NCBI GenBank assembly: GCA_964468905.1
Contig: CAYXWW010000001.1
Span: forward strand, 1,343 to 65,342
Direction of reading: 5' to 3'
Length of the DNA: 64,000 bases
From: an uncultured Rhodoferax sp.
GTDB taxonomy: Bacteria; Pseudomonadota; Gammaproteobacteria; Burkholderiales; Burkholderiaceae_C
Below the pieces are notes generated by a model, which was given only the letters and a program-made list of their open reading frames with translations, did not search any database and was not told where the DNA came from. Of this stretch, positions 46,327-56,252 are shown in pieces. Numbering within the stretch: the stretch's first letter is position 1; the number at the start of each line of letters is the position of its first letter. The position numbers and the translations under genes were made by a program.

Positions 46327-47312
46327 GCTGTTGTATTGACGGAACCGCTAGACGGTGTTCTAGCTTGCCAAGAGCCACTTGCGCCGTCTGCATCCAAGAC
46401 AAAGGTGTGCCCACCGCCCGGAACAATGTGTCCATATTGATCCAGGCTGTAGCCACTATCTCCTTGGTACAACGCAAAGTCCATTCTTCCATAAGCCTTG
46501 TTCGCGTCCTCTGGTTTGGTGATGCCAGCCCCGACCATCATGTTGTTGACGGCCGCTACGCCAATCCCCAGATCAGCTGCTTTCTGAAATATTTGCGCCT
46601 GTGTGGGGTTATTTGCAAAGAAGCGTTGGATTTCGCTTTTGGTAATGGCGCGGCCTAGTGTGGGGGAGAAATACGATGTCCACCCGCCGTTCTTGCCGCC
46701 GCCGATGTCGGTCCCCAGCTTGTTGGCCGCCTCCACATACCGTGACTCCAACACATGCGCGCTGACTCGCGACAGGTTCATTCCCTCGCCGGTTACTTCA
46801 AATCGAACCATTTGCGCCGCATTGAGGCCCAACGCTTTTACCTTGGCAACCACCTGCTGCTCGGTTGGCTTTGTGGCATAGAAGGCTTTGATATCCTCCG
46901 CCAAAGGCATTGCCTTTTCATCACTGCCTGTTGCGTGGGACTGTGCTTTTGTCGTCGTCAGCGAACCGTTGGTACCCCAGGCATAGCCGCTATTCGCGGT
47001 GGCGACAAAGTGCTCGATCTCGGTCTTTAGAGCGGCTTCGTCACTCCCGCCATATCCGCCGACACGCATAGCAGTAGCAATTTGGTCTTCAGTCAGTCCG
47101 AGCGCTGCGGCCCTGTCCGCGATTTGCTGCTGATCTGGTTTGCTTGCAAAGAACTTCTTGACGTCATCGTCCGTGTACGGCGTGCCATTTCCAACACTGT
47201 CTAAGGTCGCGGCGAATGTATTGGTGATCGCTTGCGACATCGCCTTTGGTGGTGCGTGCGCGCTACTGCCAGCGGCTGGAGATGCTGAAGATTGGACGGT
47301 GGATGGCGACAT
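46323..47312 (-). CDS. Hypothetical protein with three ~40-aa helical repeats
   Basis: GGAGGA RBS; repeats DVKKFFASKPDQQQIADRAAALGL / DIKAFYATKPTEQQVVAKVKALGL / EIQRFFANNPTQAQIFQKAADLGI. Confidence 0.8.
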   Translation of the reverse strand: MSPSTVQSSASPAAGSSAHAPPKAMSQAITNTFAATLDSVGNGTPYTDDDVKKFFASKPDQQQIADRAAALGLTEDQIATAMRVGGYGGSDEAALKTEIEHFVATANSGYAWGTNGSLTTTKAQSHATGSDEKAMPLAEDIKAFYATKPTEQQVVAKVKALGLNAAQMVRFEVTGEGMNLSRVSAHVLESRYVEAANKLGTDIGGGKNGGWTSYFSPTLGRAITKSEIQRFFANNPTQAQIFQKAADLGIGVAAVNNMMVGAGITKPEDANKAYGRMDFALYQGDSGYSLDQYGHIVPGGGHTFVLDADGASGSWQARTPSSGSVNTTA

Positions 47313-47492
47313 GATGATTCCTCCAAGTGCCTCCGAATTTTCAGTTCCCAACAAGCGCCAAATCACTGAAAAAGAAACGTCAACTGCCCCCAGTTATTAC
47401 TTTTCTGAATTGAAGCGAGTATTCGATCCTCATGCTAGATGAAAGAGGCAAATCAAATGCTTGCTGACCTATGCCCCTCTAAGTGGCGTTGC

Positions 47493-47533
47493 GCTACGTT
47501 TTTCATAGCGGTCTACGCATGTTGACCGAGGGC
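47493..47533. repeat. Dispersed intergenic repeat, copy 3
   Basis: gctac gtttttcat agcggtc tacgcatgttga ccgagggc; same spacing as copies 1 and 2. Confidence 0.6.
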
Positions 47534-50505
47534 TATAGTGACTTTTTGTTTGAAGGCCCCTTGGTTAACCGAGGCCATGGTCTCGGTTCGATTGCAATGG
47601 CAAAGTCCGCTGTGTCCAAAGTTAGGTTGGGGTTGTAGGCGGGGTCATACAACAAGTCTTCTCCCCACGTGTTCATCATGTAATGCACTTCGGACTGGAA
47701 GCGCGCGATTTTGTCGGGGGTTTGATCGCTGCCGCGTGAAACTGACTCATGGTGGTACAGCTGGGCAAACGGTGTCCAGATTGTGCGATAGCCAGCGCGT
47801 GTAAGCCGGATACAAAAATCTACATCATTAAAAGCAACGGACAGATCGCGTTCATTCAGTCCGCCAACTGCCTGGTAGAGGTCTTTGCGTACCAGCAGAC
47901 ATGCGGCAGTGACGGCCGTTAAACTTTGCAGTAATCGGGCCCGTCCAAAGTACCCAGTATGACCGTTTGTACTCCCTTTGTAAGCATGATTGGCCACCCC
48001 TCCAACGCCTAGGATGACACCGCCGTGTTGTAGTGTGTCATTTGGATACCACAGCGCCGCCCCCACGGCACCCACACCCTTGCGCAGTCCCTGACTCACC
48101 ATCTCTTGCAGCCAATCCCGATGGATCATGGAGATGTCGTTGTTGAGCAAGAGAACAAATTCACAATTTACCTCTGCGACCGCTGCGTTGTTTAAAGCGG
48201 AGTAATTGAACGGTCGAGTGTCTCGCCGTACGGTCACACGAGAGTCGTTTGCCCAGGCTTCCAGTTGTGCGAGGGTCTCAGGGTCATCGGATCCATTGTC
48301 AATAATCACTATTTGCATGGCGGCGTAGTCCGTGCCGTGTAGCAAGCCTTCAATACAAGGTTTTAAGACTGACAAGCCGTTTCGCGTAGGTACTATGACA
48401 GCAACAGTTGGTTGTTGTTGAGGAACTGGAAATCGAACTCTGTAGAAATTCAGCCCCTCAATCATCGATACCTGTGTTCCCGGTTCGGTCCGATCCAGAT
48501 GGTCTTGAATGGCAGCCATACCAGCAATCAGCGCGTAGGGCTTTTCATCGACACTCGCAGCTGTACTGCCGGCGTGGACTCGCCAGTGGTACAGCACCCG
48601 GGGAATATGTAGGACCTGATCAGGGCGTAAATGCTCAATGCAGCGTAAGGCCAGATCATGGTCTTGAGAGCCCTCATATCCCTCACGAAAACCGCCAACA
48701 GACCGAACCAATGCTGTTGAGTATGTACCCAAGTGGCTGACGGTGTTTTGTCCCAACAATAGATCGCGATTGAAATCGGGTTTGAAATAAGGGGCAGAAC
48801 GATTTCCCTCCGTGTCAATTTTGTCCTCATCGGAATAGATGATGGCAACCAGCGGCTGCTGCATCACTTGCACAGCTACATGTAGTAACGCGTCTTCCGC
48901 CAGCAGATCGTCTTGATCCAGCAGCGCGAAAAAAGGTGCCTGCACGGTTGACAGTGCCAGATTGCTAGTTTTAGATATGTGTCCGTTGACCTCGGCAAAG
49001 CTGACAACAATCCGTGCGTCTTGTCCCGCCCAGTCGTTGAGTACCTGCCGAACGTCGGGTTTAGTAGAGGCGTCATCCGCAATATGCAACGTCCAGTCGG
49101 TCCAACTTTGCGCGACGACCGACTGGATGGCCGCATTGAGCAAATCGATTGGCGGGTTGTAACAGGGCATCACCACGGCAATCACGGGCGCTGCAATGCC
49201 CCTGTCTTTGCAGGACTGAACATCGGCGAGTAAACGTGTACGCTCGGCGGCTCTATGGGTACTTTCCCACCGCAACCAGTCAATATAAGGGTCGTGGGGC
49301 GCAATGGCATCTGGGACGGTCTCCGACGCAATCGCAGCAGGGGCTGGGAGAGGTGGCTGCACATTTGGGGCCAGCAGACGCTGCAGGGGGCTGCGCTTCA
49401 AACCGTTGCCCAGCCAGCGTAGGGGTCGGGTGAGCTTCCAGCTACTGCTGTGGATCATGGTCAAGCGTTCGCTGATCAATGTCTGGCGGTCAGCTTCGAT
49501 GGCCGCAAGATGTGCCCTGGTCATTTGCAAGTCCGACATCAAAGCTTCCACTTGCGATTTTTGCTGCGCAATTAAAAGCGCCATGTTATTGGCCAGTTGC
49601 TGCATCGTGGCATTTTGCTGCCCAATACACGCTGCAGCGGTTGCCTGGCTTGTGGCGAGCTCACGTTTGGTTGCCAATACCTGCGCTTGGGTCTCGGCAA
49701 TGCGTGCCTCCAATTCCGGATAGGCCCAAACCCGTTGCATCAACTGTCCAAGTTGCCGGGGTGTCCACTGGGATTCCCATTTGGCATAAATGCGACCGGC
49801 AGAAGCACCTTGGGGCCCGGAATCATGGTGGACACCCGAGCTTTCGTGGATGCGATAGACCGCGCTGACACCAGGTAGGTGGACCATGGGTGCGAGCTTT
49901 GAAAGCTGTAGCCAAAAGTCCCAGTCTTCCAACTGGTCCAGTGTTTCATCGAAATGGCAGCCCGCTGCCAGTACGGTCGAGCGAAACAATACCGCATGAA
50001 TGGGTGTCAAGTTGCCAGCCAGTTGGCGAATGGGGTCAAACGGAAGGTCAAAGGTCTGTCCCAACGGCTTGCCCGCGCCATCAACCAAGCCAATCCCGGT
50101 GTAAACCGCTTGCGCTTGGGGAAGTCGGTCAAGTACTTGGGCTAGACGCGCAATGTGTCCAGGCATCATCCAGTCGTCATCGTCCAAAAAGATCAGCAAG
50201 TCGCCTTTGGCTGCGGCCAGCGCCCGGTTGGCGGCGGCGCTGCGGGGTACGGGTGCATTCGTGGCCACTAATCGGACGGGAAATGGACCACAGTGGCTTG
50301 CCAACGGCTGATGTGCGGGCCGCACAGCCACGACGATCACTTCGATGTTTGGGTAGGTCTGTAGGGCAATAGAGTCCAGTGCTTCCGATAAAAACGCCCT
50401 GTCCATGCTGCGGATCAAAACCGACACCAACGGCGTTGTAGCAGGTTGCATTACCCGTGGCGGGGTGTCAGCGCTGGTAGGCGTTGCAGAGGAATTGATT
50501 GGCAT
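47533..50505 (-). CDS. Three-domain GT2 glycosyltransferase (GT2 - coiled coil - GT2 - GT2)
   Basis: FLDDDD and EDWDFW; coiled coil ending SSSWKLTRPLR; LLDQDD, YSDEDK, GSQDHDL; FNYSALNN, LLNND, AVTAACLL, FNDVDFC. Confidence 0.92.
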   Translation of the reverse strand: MPINSSATPTSADTPPRVMQPATTPLVSVLIRSMDRAFLSEALDSIALQTYPNIEVIVVAVRPAHQPLASHCGPFPVRLVATNAPVPRSAAANRALAAAKGDLLIFLDDDDWMMPGHIARLAQVLDRLPQAQAVYTGIGLVDGAGKPLGQTFDLPFDPIRQLAGNLTPIHAVLFRSTVLAAGCHFDETLDQLEDWDFWLQLSKLAPMVHLPGVSAVYRIHESSGVHHDSGPQGASAGRIYAKWESQWTPRQLGQLMQRVWAYPELEARIAETQAQVLATKRELATSQATAAACIGQQNATMQQLANNMALLIAQQKSQVEALMSDLQMTRAHLAAIEADRQTLISERLTMIHSSSWKLTRPLRWLGNGLKRSPLQRLLAPNVQPPLPAPAAIASETVPDAIAPHDPYIDWLRWESTHRAAERTRLLADVQSCKDRGIAAPVIAVVMPCYNPPIDLLNAAIQSVVAQSWTDWTLHIADDASTKPDVRQVLNDWAGQDARIVVSFAEVNGHISKTSNLALSTVQAPFFALLDQDDLLAEDALLHVAVQVMQQPLVAIIYSDEDKIDTEGNRSAPYFKPDFNRDLLLGQNTVSHLGTYSTALVRSVGGFREGYEGSQDHDLALRCIEHLRPDQVLHIPRVLYHWRVHAGSTAASVDEKPYALIAGMAAIQDHLDRTEPGTQVSMIEGLNFYRVRFPVPQQQPTVAVIVPTRNGLSVLKPCIEGLLHGTDYAAMQIVIIDNGSDDPETLAQLEAWANDSRVTVRRDTRPFNYSALNNAAVAEVNCEFVLLLNNDISMIHRDWLQEMVSQGLRKGVGAVGAALWYPNDTLQHGGVILGVGGVANHAYKGSTNGHTGYFGRARLLQSLTAVTAACLLVRKDLYQAVGGLNERDLSVAFNDVDFCIRLTRAGYRTIWTPFAQLYHHESVSRGSDQTPDKIARFQSEVHYMMNTWGEDLLYDPAYNPNLTLDTADFAIAIEPRPWPRLTKGPSNKKSL

Positions 50506-50634
50506 GGAAAACTGTGGAAGTGAAAGAAGCGCATGACCAAGACGCATGCATGCCCCTGCAATGATAACGAACACAGTGAATTGCCCGATCCAGCCTAGAC
50601 CTTAAAATCGGCTATTTTTGTGGGCAGGATGGCA

Positions 50635-52110
50635 ATGTCAATAGATGTGCCCATTGTTTCTTCGAGCGTTAATGAACCGCTTGGCGCTAATCTTGCTGGT
50701 TTGTTACCACCAGCGCCAGCGCGGATATTGCTTTTGAGCGATCTACCCGGTGCGGTGCTTGTGCAATTGCAGACAATGGGGCACACGGTCAACACCTACG
50801 CGCTGTGTGACGAGCATGCTGTCGCGCAACCGTCATCGGCCACCCGGCAAGCAATTTTCCAGGTCAATATTCCGGCACCAGCGTCAGACGCAGGGGGATT
50901 TGACGCCGCGGTGGTCGTCGGCTTGACTCCACAAGTGCATCCTTTGGCTTTGTGGGATCAATTGGCGTATTGGCTTGCAGACGGAGCAACAGTGATCTTG
51001 TTGAACAAGGGGGGCCAGACGGCAGATGCACGCATGCCGCACTGGTTGGATCACGTTGAAGCAATTGGTCTGCGATGTGGCTTTGTGGCAGTCGCTGAGG
51101 TAGAAGATTCAGGTTCAGTGAGTAGTGCAAGTGCTACAGTGCAGCGCACGTTTAAAAGGTCGGGCACAACACGGTGGCAGGTTCGACATGTTCGCGAGGC
51201 AGATTTCGATGAGATCGCCACCTTGTTCCAGGAGGTTTTTGGCCATCCCTTGAGCCGCGAATTGTGGAGCTGGAAGTATGCCAATGGCCATGGCAATGCA
51301 GTAGTGGCCGCGCGCAACGGTGCGTTGATCGCGCACTATGGCGGCATGTACCGTGACGTCATGTTATGTGGCAGGCCAGACTGGGTCTTTCAAATTTGCG
51401 ATGTGATGGTGCATCCTTTGGAGCGCGGCGTCATGACCCGGCAAGGCCCGTTTTTGCTGACGGCGGCGACGAGTGCTGAAATTTACGGCCCACTGGGTTT
51501 CGGATTTCCAAATTCACGTGCGATGCAAGTTGCAGAAAAAATGGGGCTCTATTCCGAGGTGGGTCAGATGGCATCGGTGCGGTGGGAACCCTCGGCGCCA
51601 AGCTTCAGGTGGGGGACACGCGTGCGATCGGTCATACGCGGTAGCGAGAAAGACAGAGACCACATTCATGCGCTTTGGGCAGCCATGGCCAACGATCTGC
51701 GCGAAGGTGTGGTGGGTGCGCGCGATGCGGACTATGTGGAGCATCGCTACTTCTGCCACCCGCACAATCACTATGAAGTGTTTTTGGTGACTTCTCGACT
51801 CACGGGGCGACGGATCGGCGCGTTCGTCATGCGACGTGACGGGGAGGCGTGCGAAATGCTGGATGTGATTGCACCGCTTGATCATCTGCCACAAGTAATT
51901 GACCAGGCACGCCGATTGGTGGGTTTGTGGGGGTTCAAGTCCTTGTATTGCTGGATAACCAAAAACCATGCATATCGATTTGTGAATTGCGGTGGCACGC
52001 AAGACGAACTCAACATCAGTATTCCCACGAGTTGCTGGACTGACGATCGGCGAGCTGATGTTTTTAAAGACAAATGGTGGCTGATGTCGGGTGACACGGA
52101 CTTCCGCTAA
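50635..52110 (+). CDS. GNAT family acyltransferase with a degenerate N-terminal domain
   Basis: LFQEVFG...WSWKY, AHYGG, QICDVMVHP.ERG, FGFPN, W.LM.GDTDF. Confidence 0.8.
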   Translation: MSIDVPIVSSSVNEPLGANLAGLLPPAPARILLLSDLPGAVLVQLQTMGHTVNTYALCDEHAVAQPSSATRQAIFQVNIPAPASDAGGFDAAVVVGLTPQVHPLALWDQLAYWLADGATVILLNKGGQTADARMPHWLDHVEAIGLRCGFVAVAEVEDSGSVSSASATVQRTFKRSGTTRWQVRHVREADFDEIATLFQEVFGHPLSRELWSWKYANGHGNAVVAARNGALIAHYGGMYRDVMLCGRPDWVFQICDVMVHPLERGVMTRQGPFLLTAATSAEIYGPLGFGFPNSRAMQVAEKMGLYSEVGQMASVRWEPSAPSFRWGTRVRSVIRGSEKDRDHIHALWAAMANDLREGVVGARDADYVEHRYFCHPHNHYEVFLVTSRLTGRRIGAFVMRRDGEACEMLDVIAPLDHLPQVIDQARRLVGLWGFKSLYCWITKNHAYRFVNCGGTQDELNISIPTSCWTDDRRADVFKDKWWLMSGDTDFR

Positions 52111-53157
52111 ATGGTGCCTACGAATGCTGTAAAAACGCCAGCCGGTGAGAATTCGCTGGACTTGTTGCGGCTCGTCGCTGCGCTAATGGTGTTGTACAGC
52201 CACCAGTACGCCGTTTTGGGCTTGCCTGAACCGGTGTTCATCCGATGGGATACCGTTGGAAGAGCGGGAGTCGCGATATTTTTCTTTTTGAGCGGGTACT
52301 TGGTCTGGTCCAGTTGGGATCGCGATCCCCATGTGGGACGATTCTTTGGGAGGCGCATGCTGCGCATATTTCCAGCGCTCTGGCTGGTGTGTTTGTTGTC
52401 GGTCTTTGTGCTTGGGCCAGCAGTTTCGGTGCTGATGGTGGGTGAATATTTTGCCTCCGCGCAGACATGGACCTATTTGTTGACGGGCTTGCTGGTGCCG
52501 GCCCAAACGCTCCCCGGTCTGTTTACCAGCAATCATTTTCCCTTGGTAGTCAATGGATCGCTCTGGACGCTGCCAGTCGAGTTTCTGTGCTACTGCACTG
52601 TTCCGATAATGGGCCTTGCGTTGTGCAAACTCAAGGCCATACGAGAGTGGTACATGGGGCTTGCACTGGTCGGTGTTGTGGCAGTTGCGACTTATGGACC
52701 GCAAGCAATTGGCGTTTCTCTTACCCCGCACCTGGAAATGGTGGCCATGTTTTGGTGGGGCGCAGTGTATGGCTATGCGTTAAAACAAAGTCCAGACCGT
52801 CGGGCGGTCACAGCAGCGCTTGCGGCAGTTGCCTTTTTGTCATTCGCATTGCTTGGGCCAAGGGGTGGCGACCGGGCGGCAATACTCGTGTGTGCAGCAG
52901 TGCTGGTTCATCTAGGTCGTACTATCGCAGCGGGCGAGAGGCTGACACGACCGCTTGGCGACTTGTCTTATGGTGTATACATTTTTGCGTTTCCCGTTCA
53001 ACAAGCGGTTGCGCACTATGGTCAAGTGTTGGCCTGGAGCTTTCTTACCTCTCTGTTGACTTCCGCAATGGTGACGCTTTGTCTAGCATATCTATCGTGG
53101 CATGCACTGGAAAAACGCGCCTTACGGTTCAAGCCTGCTGTGCGAGAAGTCGCATAA
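52111..53157 (+). CDS. Membrane acyltransferase_3 (OafA-like)
   Basis: LDLLRLVAA, FFFLSGYLV, RRMLRIFP, NGSLWTLPVE, GDLSYGVYI, SWHALEK. Confidence 0.92.
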   Translation: MVPTNAVKTPAGENSLDLLRLVAALMVLYSHQYAVLGLPEPVFIRWDTVGRAGVAIFFFLSGYLVWSSWDRDPHVGRFFGRRMLRIFPALWLVCLLSVFVLGPAVSVLMVGEYFASAQTWTYLLTGLLVPAQTLPGLFTSNHFPLVVNGSLWTLPVEFLCYCTVPIMGLALCKLKAIREWYMGLALVGVVAVATYGPQAIGVSLTPHLEMVAMFWWGAVYGYALKQSPDRRAVTAALAAVAFLSFALLGPRGGDRAAILVCAAVLVHLGRTIAAGERLTRPLGDLSYGVYIFAFPVQQAVAHYGQVLAWSFLTSLLTSAMVTLCLAYLSWHALEKRALRFKPAVREVA

Positions 53158-53162
53158 AAAAT

Positions 53163-54593
53163 ATGCGTACCAACCATAGCTTCTATTACCTCTTTGTGAA
53201 AAGCGGCGCCGGCGTGGTGGGGTTGCTGTCTATTTTGGTTTTCACCAGGATCATGCGTCCCGATGAATATGGAATCTATGCCATGCTTTTGTCGGCGCTT
53301 GGCATTTGCTATGCCATATTTTTTCAATGGCTATCGCAGGGTCTTGGAAGGTTCTACACGCAAGAGTTGGAGGGCAATGCTGCGCTGATCGCTACTACAC
53401 ACGTTGGATTTATGCGTGCAATGCTATTCAGTTTGGTGCTTTGGGGTTTAGCGATGCTCAGTTTGCCAGAGTCTCCAAACAGGCATTGGCTATGGTACCT
53501 GCCGCCCCTCGTCTTTTCATATGCATGGTATGAATTGAACCTGCGAATTGCCAATGCCAGCATGCAACCCGCGTTGTATGGATACATTTCTTTTTCCAAA
53601 GCTGGACTAGGCCTCTTGGTGGGTGGTGTCCTTTATTTTTTTATGGGGCTGCACGGCATTTTTGTCGGATTGATCTTCAGCGCGATCGTGACCCCGTTGT
53701 TCTGGATGCGTTCTTGGTGGCGGGCATTGAAAAGCTCGCCTGTAGATAAAGCCGTATTTAGGAAGTTTTTGGCATACGGTTTACCACTGGCCTTGACCGT
53801 GACGCTGACCTTGGTCGTGGACGTTTCCGATAGATTCCTCATTGCTGTTTTGCTAGACGCTGAGCAAGCAGGACTATATGCGGCCAGTTATGACTTGGTC
53901 GTGCAAACGATGGGGTTTGTGGTTGCCGCACTCTATTTGGCCACATTCCCAGCGTTGGTCCAAGACGTTGAGTCCAATAATTCCAAAAGTATAGCCACCG
54001 GCATGGCGCGTTACAGCACATTACTATTTGCGACCAATGTTCCCCTATTGGTCCTATTCGTTGCATTGGCTGGCAATATTTCCGCAGTCGCTTTTGGCGT
54101 GCCGTTTCGTGCGTCGGCCACTCAGCTGATGCCCGTTATCGCATTTGGCGTTTTTGTCGGCGCATTCAAAATCCATTTCTTTGACGTTGTGTTTCAACTG
54201 GGCCATAAGACTGCGCAGCAGATCGCCCCAGCTTTGTTGACTGCGGTATTGAATGTATTACTCAATCTGTGGTGGATTCCAAAGTACGGAATCGTTGGTG
54301 CGGCTTATGCAACATTGGGCGCCTTTTTGGCGGGGTGTTTGGCAAGTGCAACGATGGCAGCGCGCGTCATGCCCCTGTCATGGCCCGCAACAGATTTTTT
54401 GAAGATTAGTATTGCCGGCTTGAGTATGTACTTGTTGCTCGCATGCATAGATGGTTTCAACGGGCTATTTGCACTGATCCTTCAGGTGCTTACCAGTTTG
54501 TCGCTGTACGCGGCCTTGATTCTTGCCCTGAACGTTGCAGAAGTCAGGCGTTCACTCTCCATTCCACGGACCCGAAAAAATGAAAAGCAATAA
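53163..54593 (+). CDS. Wzx-type polysaccharide flippase
   Basis: About 12-14 TM segments; TRIMRPDEYG, SDRFLI, GLYAASY, IPKYGIVGAAYAT. Confidence 0.85.
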   Translation: MRTNHSFYYLFVKSGAGVVGLLSILVFTRIMRPDEYGIYAMLLSALGICYAIFFQWLSQGLGRFYTQELEGNAALIATTHVGFMRAMLFSLVLWGLAMLSLPESPNRHWLWYLPPLVFSYAWYELNLRIANASMQPALYGYISFSKAGLGLLVGGVLYFFMGLHGIFVGLIFSAIVTPLFWMRSWWRALKSSPVDKAVFRKFLAYGLPLALTVTLTLVVDVSDRFLIAVLLDAEQAGLYAASYDLVVQTMGFVVAALYLATFPALVQDVESNNSKSIATGMARYSTLLFATNVPLLVLFVALAGNISAVAFGVPFRASATQLMPVIAFGVFVGAFKIHFFDVVFQLGHKTAQQIAPALLTAVLNVLLNLWWIPKYGIVGAAYATLGAFLAGCLASATMAARVMPLSWPATDFLKISIAGLSMYLLLACIDGFNGLFALILQVLTSLSLYAALILALNVAEVRRSLSIPRTRKNEKQ

Positions 54594-55410
54594 CACGCCC
54601 TTGCTACTGCGCATCCTTCTGGGTATGACGCGACGACTCCCTCCGTTTTGGCGAATCAGTGGCATCAGCAACAGGATCATCAAGCCTATTTGGGCCATAT
54701 GGGGTGATGGCAAGACCCAAGTGTTGCCCATCTGGAATGACATTGTTATGGAAGTTGACCCCTGTGAAGTCGTGGGCGGGAACCTGGCTTTCATTCCACA
54801 GTTGTATGACCGGTGGGAGCGCGCCCTGGTGCGTGATCTGCTGCCGCGCGGTGGTACGTTTGTCGACGTCGGCAGCAACATAGGCGCCTATTCTTTGTGG
54901 GCAGCTTCCTGTCTTGGTAGTGCGGGTACGGTTGTGGCGCTCGAGGCGGATCCAGACAACTATGCGCTTCTCACAAAAAATATCGAAATGAATCGACAGC
55001 AGGGTAAAGTCACTGCCATTTTGGGCGGCGTTGCAGATGCAAACTGCACGCTGCGGTTTTACAAAAACACCAAAGGCAATCGTGGCGGTCATAGTTTTGT
55101 GGGTACGGGCGACCATTTCACAGAGATCCTGTGCAAGCCGCTTGCAGAAATTTTGCAAGCCCACCATGTTGCCCAAGTGGATTTCATGAAGCTCGATATC
55201 GAAGGTTTTGAGGAAAAGGTTTTAACCAAGTTTTTTGCAGACTCTGCCAAAGATTCTCCATTGCGGCCAAACTACTTGTTGGTTGAAATACAGGGGGGGC
55301 CCGTGGCGGATCCTCTGGTTCAGGATCGCATCAAGAAGATGATTTGTGATCAAGGCTATGAACTCATGGTGGACAAAAGCAATTCGTTCTTCAAGAAGCT
55401 GCCGGCGTGA
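54580..55410 (+). CDS. FkbM family methyltransferase
   Basis: FVDVGSNIGAYS, LEADPDN, MKLDIEGFE. Confidence 0.9.
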   Translation: MKSNNTPLLLRILLGMTRRLPPFWRISGISNRIIKPIWAIWGDGKTQVLPIWNDIVMEVDPCEVVGGNLAFIPQLYDRWERALVRDLLPRGGTFVDVGSNIGAYSLWAASCLGSAGTVVALEADPDNYALLTKNIEMNRQQGKVTAILGGVADANCTLRFYKNTKGNRGGHSFVGTGDHFTEILCKPLAEILQAHHVAQVDFMKLDIEGFEEKVLTKFFADSAKDSPLRPNYLLVEIQGGPVADPLVQDRIKKMICDQGYELMVDKSNSFFKKLPA

Positions 55411-56252
55411 ACGGTTTGGCATCCGCTTCTTTAAATGGCGCAATAGCGCCTGTTTCCGTTGTCGTGCCGTGCTACCGTTGCATTGCAACTGTCGAGCGGG
55501 CAGTTGCGTCCGTCGTTACTCAGACCCGACGCCCCGCTGAAATGATTTTGATCGACGATGCCAGCGGAGATGGTACGTTAGAGTTGCTACGCTCCATACA
55601 GCGGCGCTTGGGGGATTGGGTCCGCGTGGTTGCTTTTTCCTCCAATGCCGGGGCCGCCACAGCGCGCAATGCTGGTTGGAATGCGGCATCCCAGCCATAT
55701 ATTGCTTTTTTGGATGCGGACGACGCCTGGCACCCGCAAAAGATTGAGATCCAATGGGGTTATATGGAGAGCCACCCAGAGGTGGCGATGAGTGGGCACT
55801 TGTGTCGACAGTTGCCACAAAGTACCACTGAATTACCTTCCTGGCCGGTGGAGCTATTAGGTGCAAAAATCATAGGCTGGACCGTGTTGTTGCTGCGCCA
55901 CCAGTTTGTTACGCCATCAGTGATGCTGAAACGTGAGATTGCGCAGCGTTTCTGTGAGGGTGCGCGTTACATGGAGGACCATCGTTTGTGGCTGGAGATC
56001 GTAGGTTCCAAATTGCGCGTCGTTAAACTGCGGGTCGAGTTGGTCGCCGTTTACAAGCCGGTCTATGGGGTCTCTGGGCTTAGTGCCGACATGTGGCGCA
56101 TGGAAAAGGCTGAGCTTGCAAATTACAGGTATTTCTATGAGTTGCAGAAATTGTCGTTGCTGAAGATGCTGCTGTTGCAAGGTTATTCACTGGTGAAGTA
56201 CGTGCGGCGCCTGTTAATCGTGTCGCTTTCGCGCCGGGTTGGATCGCGGTGA
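55407..56252 (+). CDS. GT2 glycosyltransferase
   Basis: SVVVPCY, IDDASGD, ARNAG, FLDADD, EDHRLW. Confidence 0.92.
   Translation: MNGLASASLNGAIAPVSVVVPCYRCIATVERAVASVVTQTRRPAEMILIDDASGDGTLELLRSIQRRLGDWVRVVAFSSNAGAATARNAGWNAASQPYIAFLDADDAWHPQKIEIQWGYMESHPEVAMSGHLCRQLPQSTTELPSWPVELLGAKIIGWTVLLLRHQFVTPSVMLKREIAQRFCEGARYMEDHRLWLEIVGSKLRVVKLRVELVAVYKPVYGVSGLSADMWRMEKAELANYRYFYELQKLSLLKMLLLQGYSLVKYVRRLLIVSLSRRVGSR

Noticed and set aside
52467-53162. 708-aa flippase ORF suggesting a fusion or overlapping gene
   Set aside because: The extension is an off-frame read of the acyltransferase gene; Wzx-like sequence starts at ATG 53163.
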